This document shows, piece by piece, positions 28,633 through 38,680 of a stretch of DNA of 47,816 bases. The notes under the pieces are model-generated. The model had not been told where the DNA came from and searched no databases. It worked only from the letters and a program-made list of their open reading frames with translations. Every line of letters begins with the position of its first letter. Within the stretch, counting starts at the first letter, position 1. Source of the DNA: Candidatus Moraniibacteriota bacterium (lineage in GTDB: Bacteria; Patescibacteriota; Minisyncoccia; Moranbacterales; UBA2206); NCBI GenBank assembly GCA_027351145.1, contig DAIEIZ010000076.1, positions 1-47,816 of the forward strand. The letters run 5' to 3'. A program made the translations under genes and the position numbers.

Positions 28633-29568
28633 CTATCTTTTTCTCTTTGAATGAAACGCTTGATGAATCTCTTTTAATTGCTTATTAGTAACATGAGTAT
28701 AAACCTGTGTGGTTGTGATCGAGGAATGGCCAAGCATGGCCTGTACCGAGCGAATATCAGCACCATTAATGAGTAAATCAGTGGCAAAAGAATGTCTAAG
28801 TGTGTGCGGATGGACATCTTTCACAATTCCCGCTTTTGTCGCATAGTATTTAACAATTCTTTGTACTGATCTAGGGGTTAATCTCAGGTTATCCACAGGT
28901 TTTTTAATGTTTTTACCATCAAACTTCCTTAATCCGGCAACATCCCTGACAAAAAGTGCAGGGTCTGTGTCCATCCTTTTCTCCAAATAGCGCATTATTG
29001 CTTGTGAAGCAGAATCGGATATAAACACCACCCGCACTTTATCACCCTTACCACGTACACTAAGCTCTCTCCCTCTGAGGTCAATTTTTTCCCGATTAAT
29101 GCCTGTTAGTTCTGAAACGCGTAAGCCGGCGGAGAACAAAAGCTCCAAAATAGCCCGGTCGCGAAGACTTTTTAAATCTCTCCCGCTCGCTTCAGATAGT
29201 ATTCGCTCAACCTCATCCATTTCCAAAAAATCCACCTCTCTCATGACGGACTTCCCCATTTCAATCTTGTCAGCTTGAAGCGTTTTAATGTCTCTTTTGA
29301 CCAAAAACTTAAGAAAACCACGAATCGCAATAACATAATAACCCTGAGTGATTTTTTTTAGTTTCTGACCATTACCATCCTCATAACGATTAAGATAAAT
29401 CCGAAAATTTCTCACCACTTCGGCCGTAATTTGTTCCGGCTTCGTGATTTTCGCCCACTCCAAAAAACGGTTGAGATAATGATCATAATTTTCAATCGTT
29501 TTTTGCGAACGACCTTTCTCGATTTCCAAATATTCCAGAAATTGAATCTTAAGTTTACGAATTTCCAT
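28633..29568 (-). CDS. Site-specific tyrosine recombinase, XerC/XerD family
   Basis: GLRVSEL, GKGDK, HPHTLRHSFAT, LGHSSITTTQVYTHV. Confidence 0.93.
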   Translation of the reverse strand: MEIRKLKIQFLEYLEIEKGRSQKTIENYDHYLNRFLEWAKITKPEQITAEVVRNFRIYLNRYEDGNGQKLKKITQGYYVIAIRGFLKFLVKRDIKTLQADKIEMGKSVMREVDFLEMDEVERILSEASGRDLKSLRDRAILELLFSAGLRVSELTGINREKIDLRGRELSVRGKGDKVRVVFISDSASQAIMRYLEKRMDTDPALFVRDVAGLRKFDGKNIKKPVDNLRLTPRSVQRIVKYYATKAGIVKDVHPHTLRHSFATDLLINGADIRSVQAMLGHSSITTTQVYTHVTNKQLKEIHQAFHSKRKR

Positions 29569-29802
29569 AACCCAATTCTACACCAAAAAACCAATTGACA
29601 AAAACCCCCACCTGAACTATACTGTCTAGCAGGTAAAAATTAAGGTTTTAGTATCAAGGTTTGTCTCGATATTCCTCTAAGACAAGGCAAAATTCTTGCT
29701 AAAACCATATGAAAGGTTAATTGTATTAGTAAACTAATTCAAACAACTTCTCGAAATATCTCTTGTAGAAAAAATTTAAAGACACTTATCACTAGGGCTT
29801 TT

Positions 29803-30918
29803 TTGGCCCAAAAAAGCATAGTAGTTTTTATTAAAAAACGCCGCACAGTGAAGCTTTTGCATGTTTTCAGAAACTATTCTTCCTTTGTTGTAGTCGCTTC
29901 AAGTGCACTTCTGGTTTCTGCGACCAACCTTTCTACCGGGCAAAATTCCAGCGGATTTCTTTTTGGCTATCTCGAAACAGGCAACACTGACAACTACGCA
30001 AGCCCGCTAGAAGATAAAATGTTTTTAAATTCCAATAAAAAAACCTCTCTAGCCCTTGCGCCACTACTTGAAGCAACGGCTATGCCGGATCCCACGCTAA
30101 AGCCTGACGATAAAAAATCAGATCCTGTACTTATGCAAGGCAACGCTCTGGTTTGTGAAAACAGTCCGGTACTTAAAGATCCCGAAGAAGACGGTGGTGT
30201 GGTTATTTATGAAGTTAAAAATGGTGATACTATGGGATCGATTGCTGCAGCCAATCATGTCAGTGTGAACACCTTGCTTTGGGCCAATGCTATCGACAAT
30301 GTTGATTCCATTATGCCTGGAGATAAAATCTTTATTCTGCCAGTCTCAGGCGTCACATACACCGTTAAAAGTGGCGACGATATTAACAGCATTGCTAAGC
30401 AATTCAAAGCGGACAAAGATAAAATTATTGCTTTCAATTCTCTTCATCTCGATGGAGAGGTAACGCCTGGAGAAACTATTACCATTCCTGATGGACAAAA
30501 AGATATTCCAGCACCAAAACCAGCAACTCCAAGTGGAACAACTGGCCTAGGAATCGCTCCGCGTCCCTATGAATCATTCGACTCGGCTGGAAAAACACTT
30601 GATGGAGGAAAATCAAGTCATGCATTTCCTTATGGCTATTGCACATGGTATGTTGCACAAAAAAGAAATATTCCTTGGGGTGGCAATGCCGGAACCTGGC
30701 TTTATCATGCAAAGGCTGCTGGATATGCCACTAGCAAAACTCCTACTGTTGGAGCTGTCATGGTCACTTCGGAATCTTGGTGGGGGCATGTAGCCCTCGT
30801 AGAGAGTGTTAGCGCCAACACATTCACCGTTTCTGAAATGAACTATAAAGGTTGGGGCAAGAAAGATGTTCGCGTAGTTGATAAAGCTAGCCGAGTTATT
30901 AAAGGGTTTATAAAATAA
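29803..30918 (+). CDS. LysM x2 + CHAP peptidoglycan hydrolase
   Basis: YEVKNGDT and YTVKSGDD LysM repeats; YGYCTWY, WGGNA, GHVA..E, SEMN CHAP motifs; start uncertain. Confidence 0.9.
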   Translation: MAQKSIVVFIKKRRTVKLLHVFRNYSSFVVVASSALLVSATNLSTGQNSSGFLFGYLETGNTDNYASPLEDKMFLNSNKKTSLALAPLLEATAMPDPTLKPDDKKSDPVLMQGNALVCENSPVLKDPEEDGGVVIYEVKNGDTMGSIAAANHVSVNTLLWANAIDNVDSIMPGDKIFILPVSGVTYTVKSGDDINSIAKQFKADKDKIIAFNSLHLDGEVTPGETITIPDGQKDIPAPKPATPSGTTGLGIAPRPYESFDSAGKTLDGGKSSHAFPYGYCTWYVAQKRNIPWGGNAGTWLYHAKAAGYATSKTPTVGAVMVTSESWWGHVALVESVSANTFTVSEMNYKGWGKKDVRVVDKASRVIKGFIK

Positions 30919-30936
30919 TATTTCCGATCTGCATTT

Positions 30937-30970
30937 AAAAAACGTCCCGGATTATTTTGGGACGTTTTTT
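30937..30970. terminator. Bidirectional terminator
   Basis: AAAAAACGTCCC...GGGACGTTTTTT between convergent genes. Confidence 0.8.
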
Positions 30971-30986
30971 ATGCATAAAGTTAAAC

Positions 30987-33158
30987 TTATTCTATTCTCC
31001 GGATAGGCGCGAGTGAACTGGAAAGCTTTTTCAGTCCAACCGCCTTAAAAGCAACCGTGATAATATCGCCCTGCGAAGAGATCACCAATCCTTCGCCAAA
31101 TTTTTCATGACTGATTCTTTCTCCGCCTTTGTAGTATGTTTTCATTTCCGTCAAAATGGTTTTTTTTCTCCCTGACATATATTTTTCGGCGCGGGCGTTT
31201 ATCATAAACGGTTCAGCTTCAACCAATTCCGCCGGAATATCGTCCAAAAACCGTGAAGGTGCATTAATTTGAGTCGAACCAAAAATCGTACGCATTTTCG
31301 CAAACAACAAATAGACCTTTTGTTTAGCCCGCGTAATTCCAACATACATCAGTCGTCGCTCTTCTTCCATTTCAATCTCAGAAAGCATACTGCGCGAATG
31401 TGGCAAAATACCCTCTTCAAGACCAATAATAAATACGCATTGAAACTCCAACCCCTTAGCACTGTGAAGAGTCATAAGATGCACCGCCTCGCTCGACTGA
31501 TCAATATTATCCGTGTCCGCTACCAGCGCCACTTCTTCCAGAAACAAACGCAGACCTTCTCCATTTTCAAAAGCATCATATTTTTTCGCCACAGTGAGAA
31601 GTTCCTGCACATTTTCTTGCCTCATCTGGCCCTCATCCGTTCCATCAAGCAACTGTTTTTCATAACCGCTTTCAAAAAAAACTTTTTGGATAAAATCGGA
31701 TAATATTAGTTTATTCTTGATTTCTCGCATCTTTTCCACGAATTCGCAAAACTTAGCGATACTGTCAATTTTAGTTTTGATAATTTTGCCAGATGAGCTT
31801 TCCGCTGACTGACGGACCGATATTAACAAACCTGCTGCAACTAAGTCAAGATTATTCGCTTTTGCAAAAGCCACCCACTTTTCCACCGTCTTATCACCAA
31901 TTCCACGCTTCGGTTCATTTATGATTCGCTCGAGTGAAATTTCGTCATTATAATTTTCAATTAGTCGCAAATAAGCAATGACATCCTTAATTTCTTTTCT
32001 TTGATAAAACTTTAATCCGCCAATAATACGATACGGGATTGAATCGCCAAGCAATGCTTCTTCAATGATACGAGATTGCGCATTGGTCCGGTAGAGCACC
32101 ACAATATTGTTTAATTTTACGCCCTTGTTTCGAAGATTTATCACCTCGGAAATAACAAACTGCGCTTCGTCGCTCTCATCCTCAGCCTCATAGGACACTA
32201 AAAGATGTCCGGTTTTATTCTCCGTCCAAATATTTTTATCTTTGCGGTTAATATTCTTAGAAATCACACCATAGGCCGCATCTAGAATTTGCTGAGTTGA
32301 GCGATAATTCTGCTCTAAATTGACCACCTTGGCAACTGGATAGTCTTTTTCAAAATCCAAAATGTTTTGAATGTTGGCTCCGCGCCAAGAATAGATCCCT
32401 TGCCAATCATCCCCCACTACACAAATATTTTTATGCTTATCTGCAAGCATTTTAATAAGCACGTATTGCGCATGATTAGTATCCTGATATTCATCTACCA
32501 TAATATAGTGAAAAATGTTTTGATATTTTTCCAACACTTCCGGATAAGTACGAAAAATCTGGACAAGCAACATCAAAATGTCATCGAAATCCAAGGCGTT
32601 ATTCTTTTTTAATCTTTCTTGATAGGCAATATAGACTTTTGACACAACCTCCTCCCAATAGCCACCAACTGCCGCTTGAAACATTTTCGCATCAATCAGC
32701 TCATTTTTCGCCCTAGAAATTGCGCCAAGAATACTTTGCGGACGAAATTGCGTCGAATCAACATTCAACTCTTTCATCGTTTTTTTCACAAGACTTTGCT
32801 GATCCTGAGCATCAAAGATGTTAAAACTACTCTCGAAGCCGATTTTCCCAATCTCAGAGCGGAGTAGTCGCGCGCAAATGGAATGAAAAGTGCCCACAAG
32901 TGGTAAGTGACCCTTAAAACCTTGTTCAGAAAGTAATTGAGCTATCCGCTCCTGCATTTCTTTGGCCGCTTTATTAGTAAAAGTCACCGCCAAAATCTGC
33001 CCCGGTCGCACACCCTTTTCGCAAATTAAATATGCCGTGCGAAAAGTCAACACTCGCGTTTTACCCGATCCAGCTCCAGCAATCACCAAAACTGGTCCCG
33101 TGGTCGTTTCTACTGCTTCTCTTTGTGAAGAATTTAGATTTTCCAAAAGATTTATCAT
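30987..33158 (-). CDS. pcrA: ATP-dependent DNA helicase PcrA/UvrD
   Basis: AGAGSGKT, DEYQDTN, LEQNYRS, LYRTNAQS, HSAKGLEF, EERRLMYVGITRA. Confidence 0.95.
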   Translation of the reverse strand: MINLLENLNSSQREAVETTTGPVLVIAGAGSGKTRVLTFRTAYLICEKGVRPGQILAVTFTNKAAKEMQERIAQLLSEQGFKGHLPLVGTFHSICARLLRSEIGKIGFESSFNIFDAQDQQSLVKKTMKELNVDSTQFRPQSILGAISRAKNELIDAKMFQAAVGGYWEEVVSKVYIAYQERLKKNNALDFDDILMLLVQIFRTYPEVLEKYQNIFHYIMVDEYQDTNHAQYVLIKMLADKHKNICVVGDDWQGIYSWRGANIQNILDFEKDYPVAKVVNLEQNYRSTQQILDAAYGVISKNINRKDKNIWTENKTGHLLVSYEAEDESDEAQFVISEVINLRNKGVKLNNIVVLYRTNAQSRIIEEALLGDSIPYRIIGGLKFYQRKEIKDVIAYLRLIENYNDEISLERIINEPKRGIGDKTVEKWVAFAKANNLDLVAAGLLISVRQSAESSSGKIIKTKIDSIAKFCEFVEKMREIKNKLILSDFIQKVFFESGYEKQLLDGTDEGQMRQENVQELLTVAKKYDAFENGEGLRLFLEEVALVADTDNIDQSSEAVHLMTLHSAKGLEFQCVFIIGLEEGILPHSRSMLSEIEMEEERRLMYVGITRAKQKVYLLFAKMRTIFGSTQINAPSRFLDDIPAELVEAEPFMINARAEKYMSGRKKTILTEMKTYYKGGERISHEKFGEGLVISSQGDIITVAFKAVGLKKLSSSLAPIRRIE

Positions 33159-33333
33159 AGAAGTATTGTAGCATAGGAAATTAAAATAAGTAGAGATACG
33201 AAATCTTGCGTCCCCATCAGCGATATTAGGGCTTGCCAAAAAGAGATTTATAATATATCGTTTAAATATAATTATTCATTAGCAAACATCAGTTGACGCA
33301 TAGTCGCAACTTCTGTTTTGCCTCAAAAACGTC

Positions 33334-33603
33334 ATGGCTCTAACGGGAAAGCAAAAAGCGAAAGTAACCAGCGATGTCAAAAGACACGAAAAAGACACTG
33401 GATCGCCAGAATACCAAATTGCTCTTTTCACAGAACAAATCAAGAAATTAACTGCTCATCTCAAAAAAAACGCTAAAGATTTCCATTCTCGACGCGGACT
33501 TCTCAAGATGGTATCAAAACGAAAGCGCCTCCTTGATTACTTGAAAAAAACTAATGAGAAAAATTATAAAGCCTTAATTAAGAAATTAGAACTAAAAGGC
33601 TAG
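33334..33603 (+). CDS. rpsO: 30S ribosomal protein S15
   Basis: DTGSPEYQIA, DFHSRRGLLKMV..RKRLLDYL. Confidence 0.97.
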   Translation: MALTGKQKAKVTSDVKRHEKDTGSPEYQIALFTEQIKKLTAHLKKNAKDFHSRRGLLKMVSKRKRLLDYLKKTNEKNYKALIKKLELKG

Positions 33604-33610
33604 GCCCGCT

Positions 33611-33640
33611 AAAAGCAAAATGTTTAAACATTTTGCTTTT
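33611..33640. terminator. 30-bp perfect palindrome after rpsO (terminator-like)
   Basis: AAAAGCAAAATGTTT-AAACATTTTGCTTTT. Confidence 0.6.
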
Positions 33641-33669
33641 TAGATTAAACTTATAAAAAACAAAACTCT

Positions 33670-34167
33670 ATGAGTATTTACAAAGAACAACGCATTGGTG
33701 TTTTGGTTGACATCCAAAATCTCTACTACAGCGCCAAGGTACTATATGGCAAAAAGGTCAATTTCGGCCAAGTTCTTAAAGAAGCTATTGGTGATCGAAA
33801 ACTAATTCGTGCTATCGCCTATGGAATTAAAACTCTCGAAGGCCAAGAGGAAAAGTTTTTTGATGCTCTGGAAAAAGTTGGCTATGAAGTTAAAACCAAG
33901 GATTTACAAATTTTCCCCGGCGGAGCAAAAAAAGGAGATTGGGATGTGGGAATTGCAGTGGACGCCATTAAAATGTCGAAAACCCTTGACGCCATTATTC
34001 TCGTTTCCGGCGACGGGGATTACATTCCTCTTGTAAAATATATCCAATCAACTACTGGTTGCCGTGTTGAAGGCATCGCCTTTATGGAATCGACTAGCAA
34101 TAAATTAGTTGAAGAATTAGATGATTTTATCAATCTTAGCGAAAATAAGAAGAAGTTCCTAATATAG
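33670..34167 (+). CDS. NYN domain (LabA/DUF88) protein
   Basis: VDIQNLY, KGDWDV, SGDGDY. Confidence 0.9.
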   Translation: MSIYKEQRIGVLVDIQNLYYSAKVLYGKKVNFGQVLKEAIGDRKLIRAIAYGIKTLEGQEEKFFDALEKVGYEVKTKDLQIFPGGAKKGDWDVGIAVDAIKMSKTLDAIILVSGDGDYIPLVKYIQSTTGCRVEGIAFMESTSNKLVEELDDFINLSENKKKFLI

Positions 34168-34178
34168 CGTCTTTTACG

Positions 34179-34210
34179 GGAGCCCCGCCACGGCGGGGGT
34201 CCTTTTGTTT
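34179..34210 (+). terminator. Intrinsic terminator
   Basis: GGAGCCCCGCC-AC-GGCGGGGGTCC then T tract. Confidence 0.7.
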
Positions 34211-34350
34211 TGCAAATTTTAATATTTTTCCAACTTGAATCCATAATATGATTTTTAAGCTTATGCTGGTTAGCAAATCATGCAAAGTGAGTTACGAAAC
34301 CCGCTCTTGCAAAATAAATTCAAATATAAATTAAATTCAAATAAATAACT

Positions 34351-34746
34351 ATGTTGCCAGCTACTGCAAAAATAATCACATTTGTAATTATTATTTTTTT
34401 GGCCTATTACATCTATATGTCAATTTGCCTCATGAAGATTGCCAAAAAAACCAACTTGGAAAATGCCTGGCTGGCTTGGATTCCTGTTTTTGACATGCTT
34501 TTGGCAATACAAATTGCCAAAAAACCTATCTGGTGGATTGTATTGTTTTTCCTCCCCTTAACTAACATTATTATTTACACTCTTGTTTGGATGGGAATAT
34601 GCAAAACACTTCGAAAACCTCAATGGCTAGGAATCTTTATGATCATCTCGCCAATCAGTCTCATTATTCCTGGCTATTTAGCTTTCTCCAAAATTAACAA
34701 CACACCCCAAAAGCCACAAATAAAAATCGTCAACATTTCGCTTTAG
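34351..34746 (+). CDS. DUF5684-like membrane protein
   Basis: AWLAWIP, KPIWWIVL, GYLAFS pattern. Confidence 0.75.
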   Translation: MLPATAKIITFVIIIFLAYYIYMSICLMKIAKKTNLENAWLAWIPVFDMLLAIQIAKKPIWWIVLFFLPLTNIIIYTLVWMGICKTLRKPQWLGIFMIISPISLIIPGYLAFSKINNTPQKPQIKIVNISL

Positions 34747-35005
34747 ATAACTTAACCCTCCCTCTCTTTTCCTGGGGATTTTTTATTTCCAGAAAATCGC
34801 ATAAAGCTTGCCAAAACCCAAAAAATAGGCTAGACTTAAGCTATTAAATATTTATAAGAAGTCACATTATAAGGCGCAAAAGAGCCAAAGCATGGGGATT
34901 TATGAATTAAGGCTTATAATACACTTTGTAAATCCTAATTCGTAAATCATCGTCATGCATATTTTTTGTCTGTTTTAGGGCCGGATACGACTTCGAAAAA
35001 TTCAA

Positions 35006-37114
35006 ATGGATCAAAAAAAATGGTCTCTCCAAATCGGAGGACGAATTTTGGAGATTGAAACCGGTATTCTGGCCGGACAAGCCAATGGCGCCGTTACTGT
35101 GCGCTATGGTGACACCATTGTGCTTGCCACAGCCGTCATGAGCAAAGGCGCTTCACGCGTTAGTGGATATTTTCCACTCATGGTAGATTTTGAAGAGCGC
35201 TATTATGCAGCAGGAAAAATCAAAGGCTCACGCTTCATCAAACGCGAAGGTCGCCCATCTGATGACGCCGTGCTTTCAGGGCGCGCAGTAGACCGCACAA
35301 TCCGACCACTTTTTAATCACCGTATGCGAAATGACGTGCAAGTAATTGTTACGGTGCTTTCCTATGATGGAGAAAACGACCCTGATGTAATTGCTATTAT
35401 CGCTGCCTCCACCGCACTTGCCATTTCTAATATTCCCTGGAACGGACCAGTGGCAGCAGTGCGCGTCGGAAAAGCTAACGGAGAGTTCGTACTGAATCCT
35501 GTTGCTAATGGAGAATTGGCCGAGGGTGAATTAGACCTTCTGATTTCCGGAAGTGCGGATAAGATAAACATGATCGAAAGTGGTGCAATGGAAATTTCTG
35601 AAGAAGAAATGCTTCGCGCTTTTACATTTGGACAGGAAGCAATCAAGAAAATCATTGGTTTTATCTTGGAAATTCAAAAAGAAGCAGGAAAAGAGAAAAA
35701 CGTGCCAACACTTGTAGCTGGAACACCTGAATTCGAAACCAAGATAAAAGAAATTTTACTCTCCGAAAATCTCGCCGAAGCCCTCTATGACAAAGATAAG
35801 AAAGTAATAGAAGAAAAAATAAGCGCTATCCAAGACAAAGTCAAGGAATACATCAAAACGACTTTCCCGGAAGAAGAAGCGAAATTAAAAGAAATAGCCG
35901 AAATTGTTTTTGAAGAGGTATCCGATGAAATCGTGCACAAAAATATTTTAGAAAAAGAACTGCGCCCGGATTCTCGAAAATTAGATGAAATACGTCACAT
36001 CGAATGTCGCACCGGAATTCTACCAAGAACTCATGGAACGGGACTTTTCACTCGCGGAGAAACACAAGCGCTCACAGTGACCACGCTTGGCTCTCCCGGA
36101 GATCAGCAAATTATTGACACCATGGAGGTGGACATGAAAAAACGCTACATTCATCACTACAACTTCCCTCCATATTCCGTTGGCGAGGTTCGCCCAATGC
36201 GAGGACCAGGCCGACGCGAAGTAGGGCATGGAGCGCTCGCAGAAAAAGCGCTTGTTCCAGTTTTGCCTTCCAAGGAAGAATTTCCATACACAATCCTTTT
36301 GGTTTCTGAGATTCTTTCTTCTAATGGATCATCTTCGATGGCTTCGACTTGCGGATCAACCCTGTCGCTAATGGACGCTGGGGTACCGCTTAAACGTCCA
36401 GTTTCCGGCATTGCCATGGGAATAATTGTCGGAAAAGACAATCAATTCAAAATCCTCACTGACATTCAAGGTCTTGAAGATCACTATGGCGACATGGATT
36501 TCAAGGTGGCTGGCACAGAAAAAGGCATCACCGCCATGCAAATGGATGTGAAAGTGGATGGCGTCACTCTCGAAATGCTTTCTGCTGTACTCACACAGTC
36601 CCATCAAAATCGCTTAGAAATTTTGAAAAAAATCACAGATACACTTCCTGCACCACGAACAGAAATGTCCCAATATGCGCCGAGAATCATCACTATACAA
36701 ATCAATCCTGAAAAGATTAGAAATGTCATAGGAACAGGTGGAAAAATCATCAATGAAATCATTGATCAGACGGGCGTGCAAATTGACATTGAAGATAGTG
36801 GTATGATTTTTATCACCTCTCCCGATCAAGTTTCTGCCGCTAAGGCCAAGGAATGGATTGATAATCTCACTCACGAAATAAAGGCGGGGGAATTCTTTAG
36901 CGCCAAAGTAACGCGCATAATGGCCTTTGGGGCCTTCGCTGAAATTCTTCCTGGGCAAGAAGGACTTATTCACATTTCTGAAATCGCAGAACGTCGCATT
37001 GAAAAAGTAGAAGATGTTTTAAGTGTTGGCGATATTGTTCGAGTAAAAGTCAAAGAGATCGATTCTCAAGGTCGAATCAATCTTTCAGCAAGACTTGCGC
37101 AACAGCAGAAATAA
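35006..37114 (+). CDS. pnp: Polyribonucleotide nucleotidyltransferase
   Basis: DRTIRPLF, HYNFPPYSVGE, RREVGHG, SNGSSSMAS, GDMDFKVAG, KH and S1 domains. Confidence 0.98.
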   Translation: MDQKKWSLQIGGRILEIETGILAGQANGAVTVRYGDTIVLATAVMSKGASRVSGYFPLMVDFEERYYAAGKIKGSRFIKREGRPSDDAVLSGRAVDRTIRPLFNHRMRNDVQVIVTVLSYDGENDPDVIAIIAASTALAISNIPWNGPVAAVRVGKANGEFVLNPVANGELAEGELDLLISGSADKINMIESGAMEISEEEMLRAFTFGQEAIKKIIGFILEIQKEAGKEKNVPTLVAGTPEFETKIKEILLSENLAEALYDKDKKVIEEKISAIQDKVKEYIKTTFPEEEAKLKEIAEIVFEEVSDEIVHKNILEKELRPDSRKLDEIRHIECRTGILPRTHGTGLFTRGETQALTVTTLGSPGDQQIIDTMEVDMKKRYIHHYNFPPYSVGEVRPMRGPGRREVGHGALAEKALVPVLPSKEEFPYTILLVSEILSSNGSSSMASTCGSTLSLMDAGVPLKRPVSGIAMGIIVGKDNQFKILTDIQGLEDHYGDMDFKVAGTEKGITAMQMDVKVDGVTLEMLSAVLTQSHQNRLEILKKITDTLPAPRTEMSQYAPRIITIQINPEKIRNVIGTGGKIINEIIDQTGVQIDIEDSGMIFITSPDQVSAAKAKEWIDNLTHEIKAGEFFSAKVTRIMAFGAFAEILPGQEGLIHISEIAERRIEKVEDVLSVGDIVRVKVKEIDSQGRINLSARLAQQQK

Positions 37115-37144
37115 AAATTAGTCAAAAATTGAATTATGTTTTAT

Positions 37145-37178
37145 AATAGAAGCGGATGGTTTCCGCTTCTATTTTTTT
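37145..37178 (+). terminator. Intrinsic terminator after pnp
   Basis: AATAGAAGCGGA...TCCGCTTCTATTTTTTT. Confidence 0.8.
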
Positions 37179-37322
37179 AAATGAACTCATGCCAATTCAC
37201 TATCTTTTATTTCAATTTAGCACTTAAATTCTTCCAAAACGTAACTAGTCTAATAAAAATATTCTCCACCTATATTGCAAATGCAATGACATAAAAGTGG
37301 CAGGAGATAAAAAAATAAAAAC

Positions 37323-38507
37323 ATGTTTGGTCTCAAAAAAAAACCCGCTTCAGTTCAAGAAGGAAATAAGGATACAAATACAATTAATATTGCGGGTATT
37401 CCAATCCACACAATGCAAGATGATTTGGAAAAAATCAAAAACCCCAACGCCATAATCACTCCTGCAAAAAAACAAACGACACCATCATCAAAACAGAATA
37501 CTAGTCCATTTTTCACCCCTGCAATCGAAAACTCGCAGACGTTCAGCCAACCGGAAAGCAATTCCACTAGCGCCAAAATGATAAATACAAAAAGCAATCA
37601 ATCCTCCTCCCGAATAAATAAGAGCTTTAACGCAACTAACCGGACTGACACACCTAGTCATGAAGACGCAATATCTAACGCAAAAAACTATGCCAATGCC
37701 AAATTTGACAAACGTTTCATGATTCTATCCGCTCTTTCCATTGCATTGCTTGTCCTTTTAGCAATAGCAGGACTTCGCTTTTTCAAAAATAAGACCGCTA
37801 CGGTTGATGAAACACCCACCACTCCAATTGAACAAGAACCGACACAGCCGATTCAAACGCCCGCTGAAGATCCAGCTCCGATTCCAAAGCCCGCATTATC
37901 CTTTTCAGAAACAAATCCCAATTATCTTCGCTTAGAAGATGGCATCGCAGTTTCAGATAAAATCAAGGCAACATTGGGACAAGTTTCTCAAGAAGGATAC
38001 ACACTCCCAGTCGAATTTATCATAACAGACAGCCAAAACAAACCAATTAGCTTTAAGAATTTTTCCGATCTATTAGCTATTAAGCTTTCACAATCAACAT
38101 TTAACTCGCTTGGAGATAATTTTAGTCTATTTATATACAACGACGCGACCGGTCCAAAAATCGGTCTAACAATCGAGTCAAAAAATGACATAGACCTAGG
38201 GAAGTCTCTGACACAGGAAGAGCCACTGCTGGCTGATGAAATTAATCCACTATTTCTCAACAATACCTATAATAAAGCAAAATTGTTTAATAGCAGCGAA
38301 TATGGAGGAGTAAAAATTCGCTACCAAAACATAATTTCACCCGAAATGCTTTCTGTTGATTATTCAATCTTTAAAAATAAACTGTTAATTGGAACAACAA
38401 AATTAACCATGAGAGCAATTATCGACAAGCTCAATAACACAGCCCTAAACAAGCCAAGCGAAACACTTCCAGCTACAATGAAAGAAACAACCGGTAACCA
38501 AAAATAA
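37323..38507 (+). CDS. Hypothetical bitopic membrane protein
   Basis: IHTMQDDL N-terminus, disordered linker, one TM, P-rich stalk, globular C-terminus. Confidence 0.8.
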   Translation: MFGLKKKPASVQEGNKDTNTINIAGIPIHTMQDDLEKIKNPNAIITPAKKQTTPSSKQNTSPFFTPAIENSQTFSQPESNSTSAKMINTKSNQSSSRINKSFNATNRTDTPSHEDAISNAKNYANAKFDKRFMILSALSIALLVLLAIAGLRFFKNKTATVDETPTTPIEQEPTQPIQTPAEDPAPIPKPALSFSETNPNYLRLEDGIAVSDKIKATLGQVSQEGYTLPVEFIITDSQNKPISFKNFSDLLAIKLSQSTFNSLGDNFSLFIYNDATGPKIGLTIESKNDIDLGKSLTQEEPLLADEINPLFLNNTYNKAKLFNSSEYGGVKIRYQNIISPEMLSVDYSIFKNKLLIGTTKLTMRAIIDKLNNTALNKPSETLPATMKETTGNQK

Positions 38508-38645
38508 ATAATTCGAAAAAGGCTTAAATGAAAGATAAATAAATAAATTACTTTTAAAAACAAGTCTGAGATAGCGAGATGCAAGCAATTTATTAATATT
38601 TTTTTGACACTGATATTGAGCGTCTAAGCCAAATATATTTCATCA

Positions 38646-38674
38646 TTGACCCAGTCCCGTTTTCCTGCTATAAT
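38646..38674 (+). promoter_or_regulatory. Sigma70-type promoter with extended -10
   Basis: TTGACC-17 bp-TATAAT with TGn immediately before the -10. Confidence 0.7.
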
Positions 38675-38680
38675 AAATAT

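Noticed and set aside
28633..29568. Prophage or island integrase beside tRNAs
   Set aside because: Sequence is XerC/D-like, neighbours are core genes, no phage cargo or distal att duplicate was seen.
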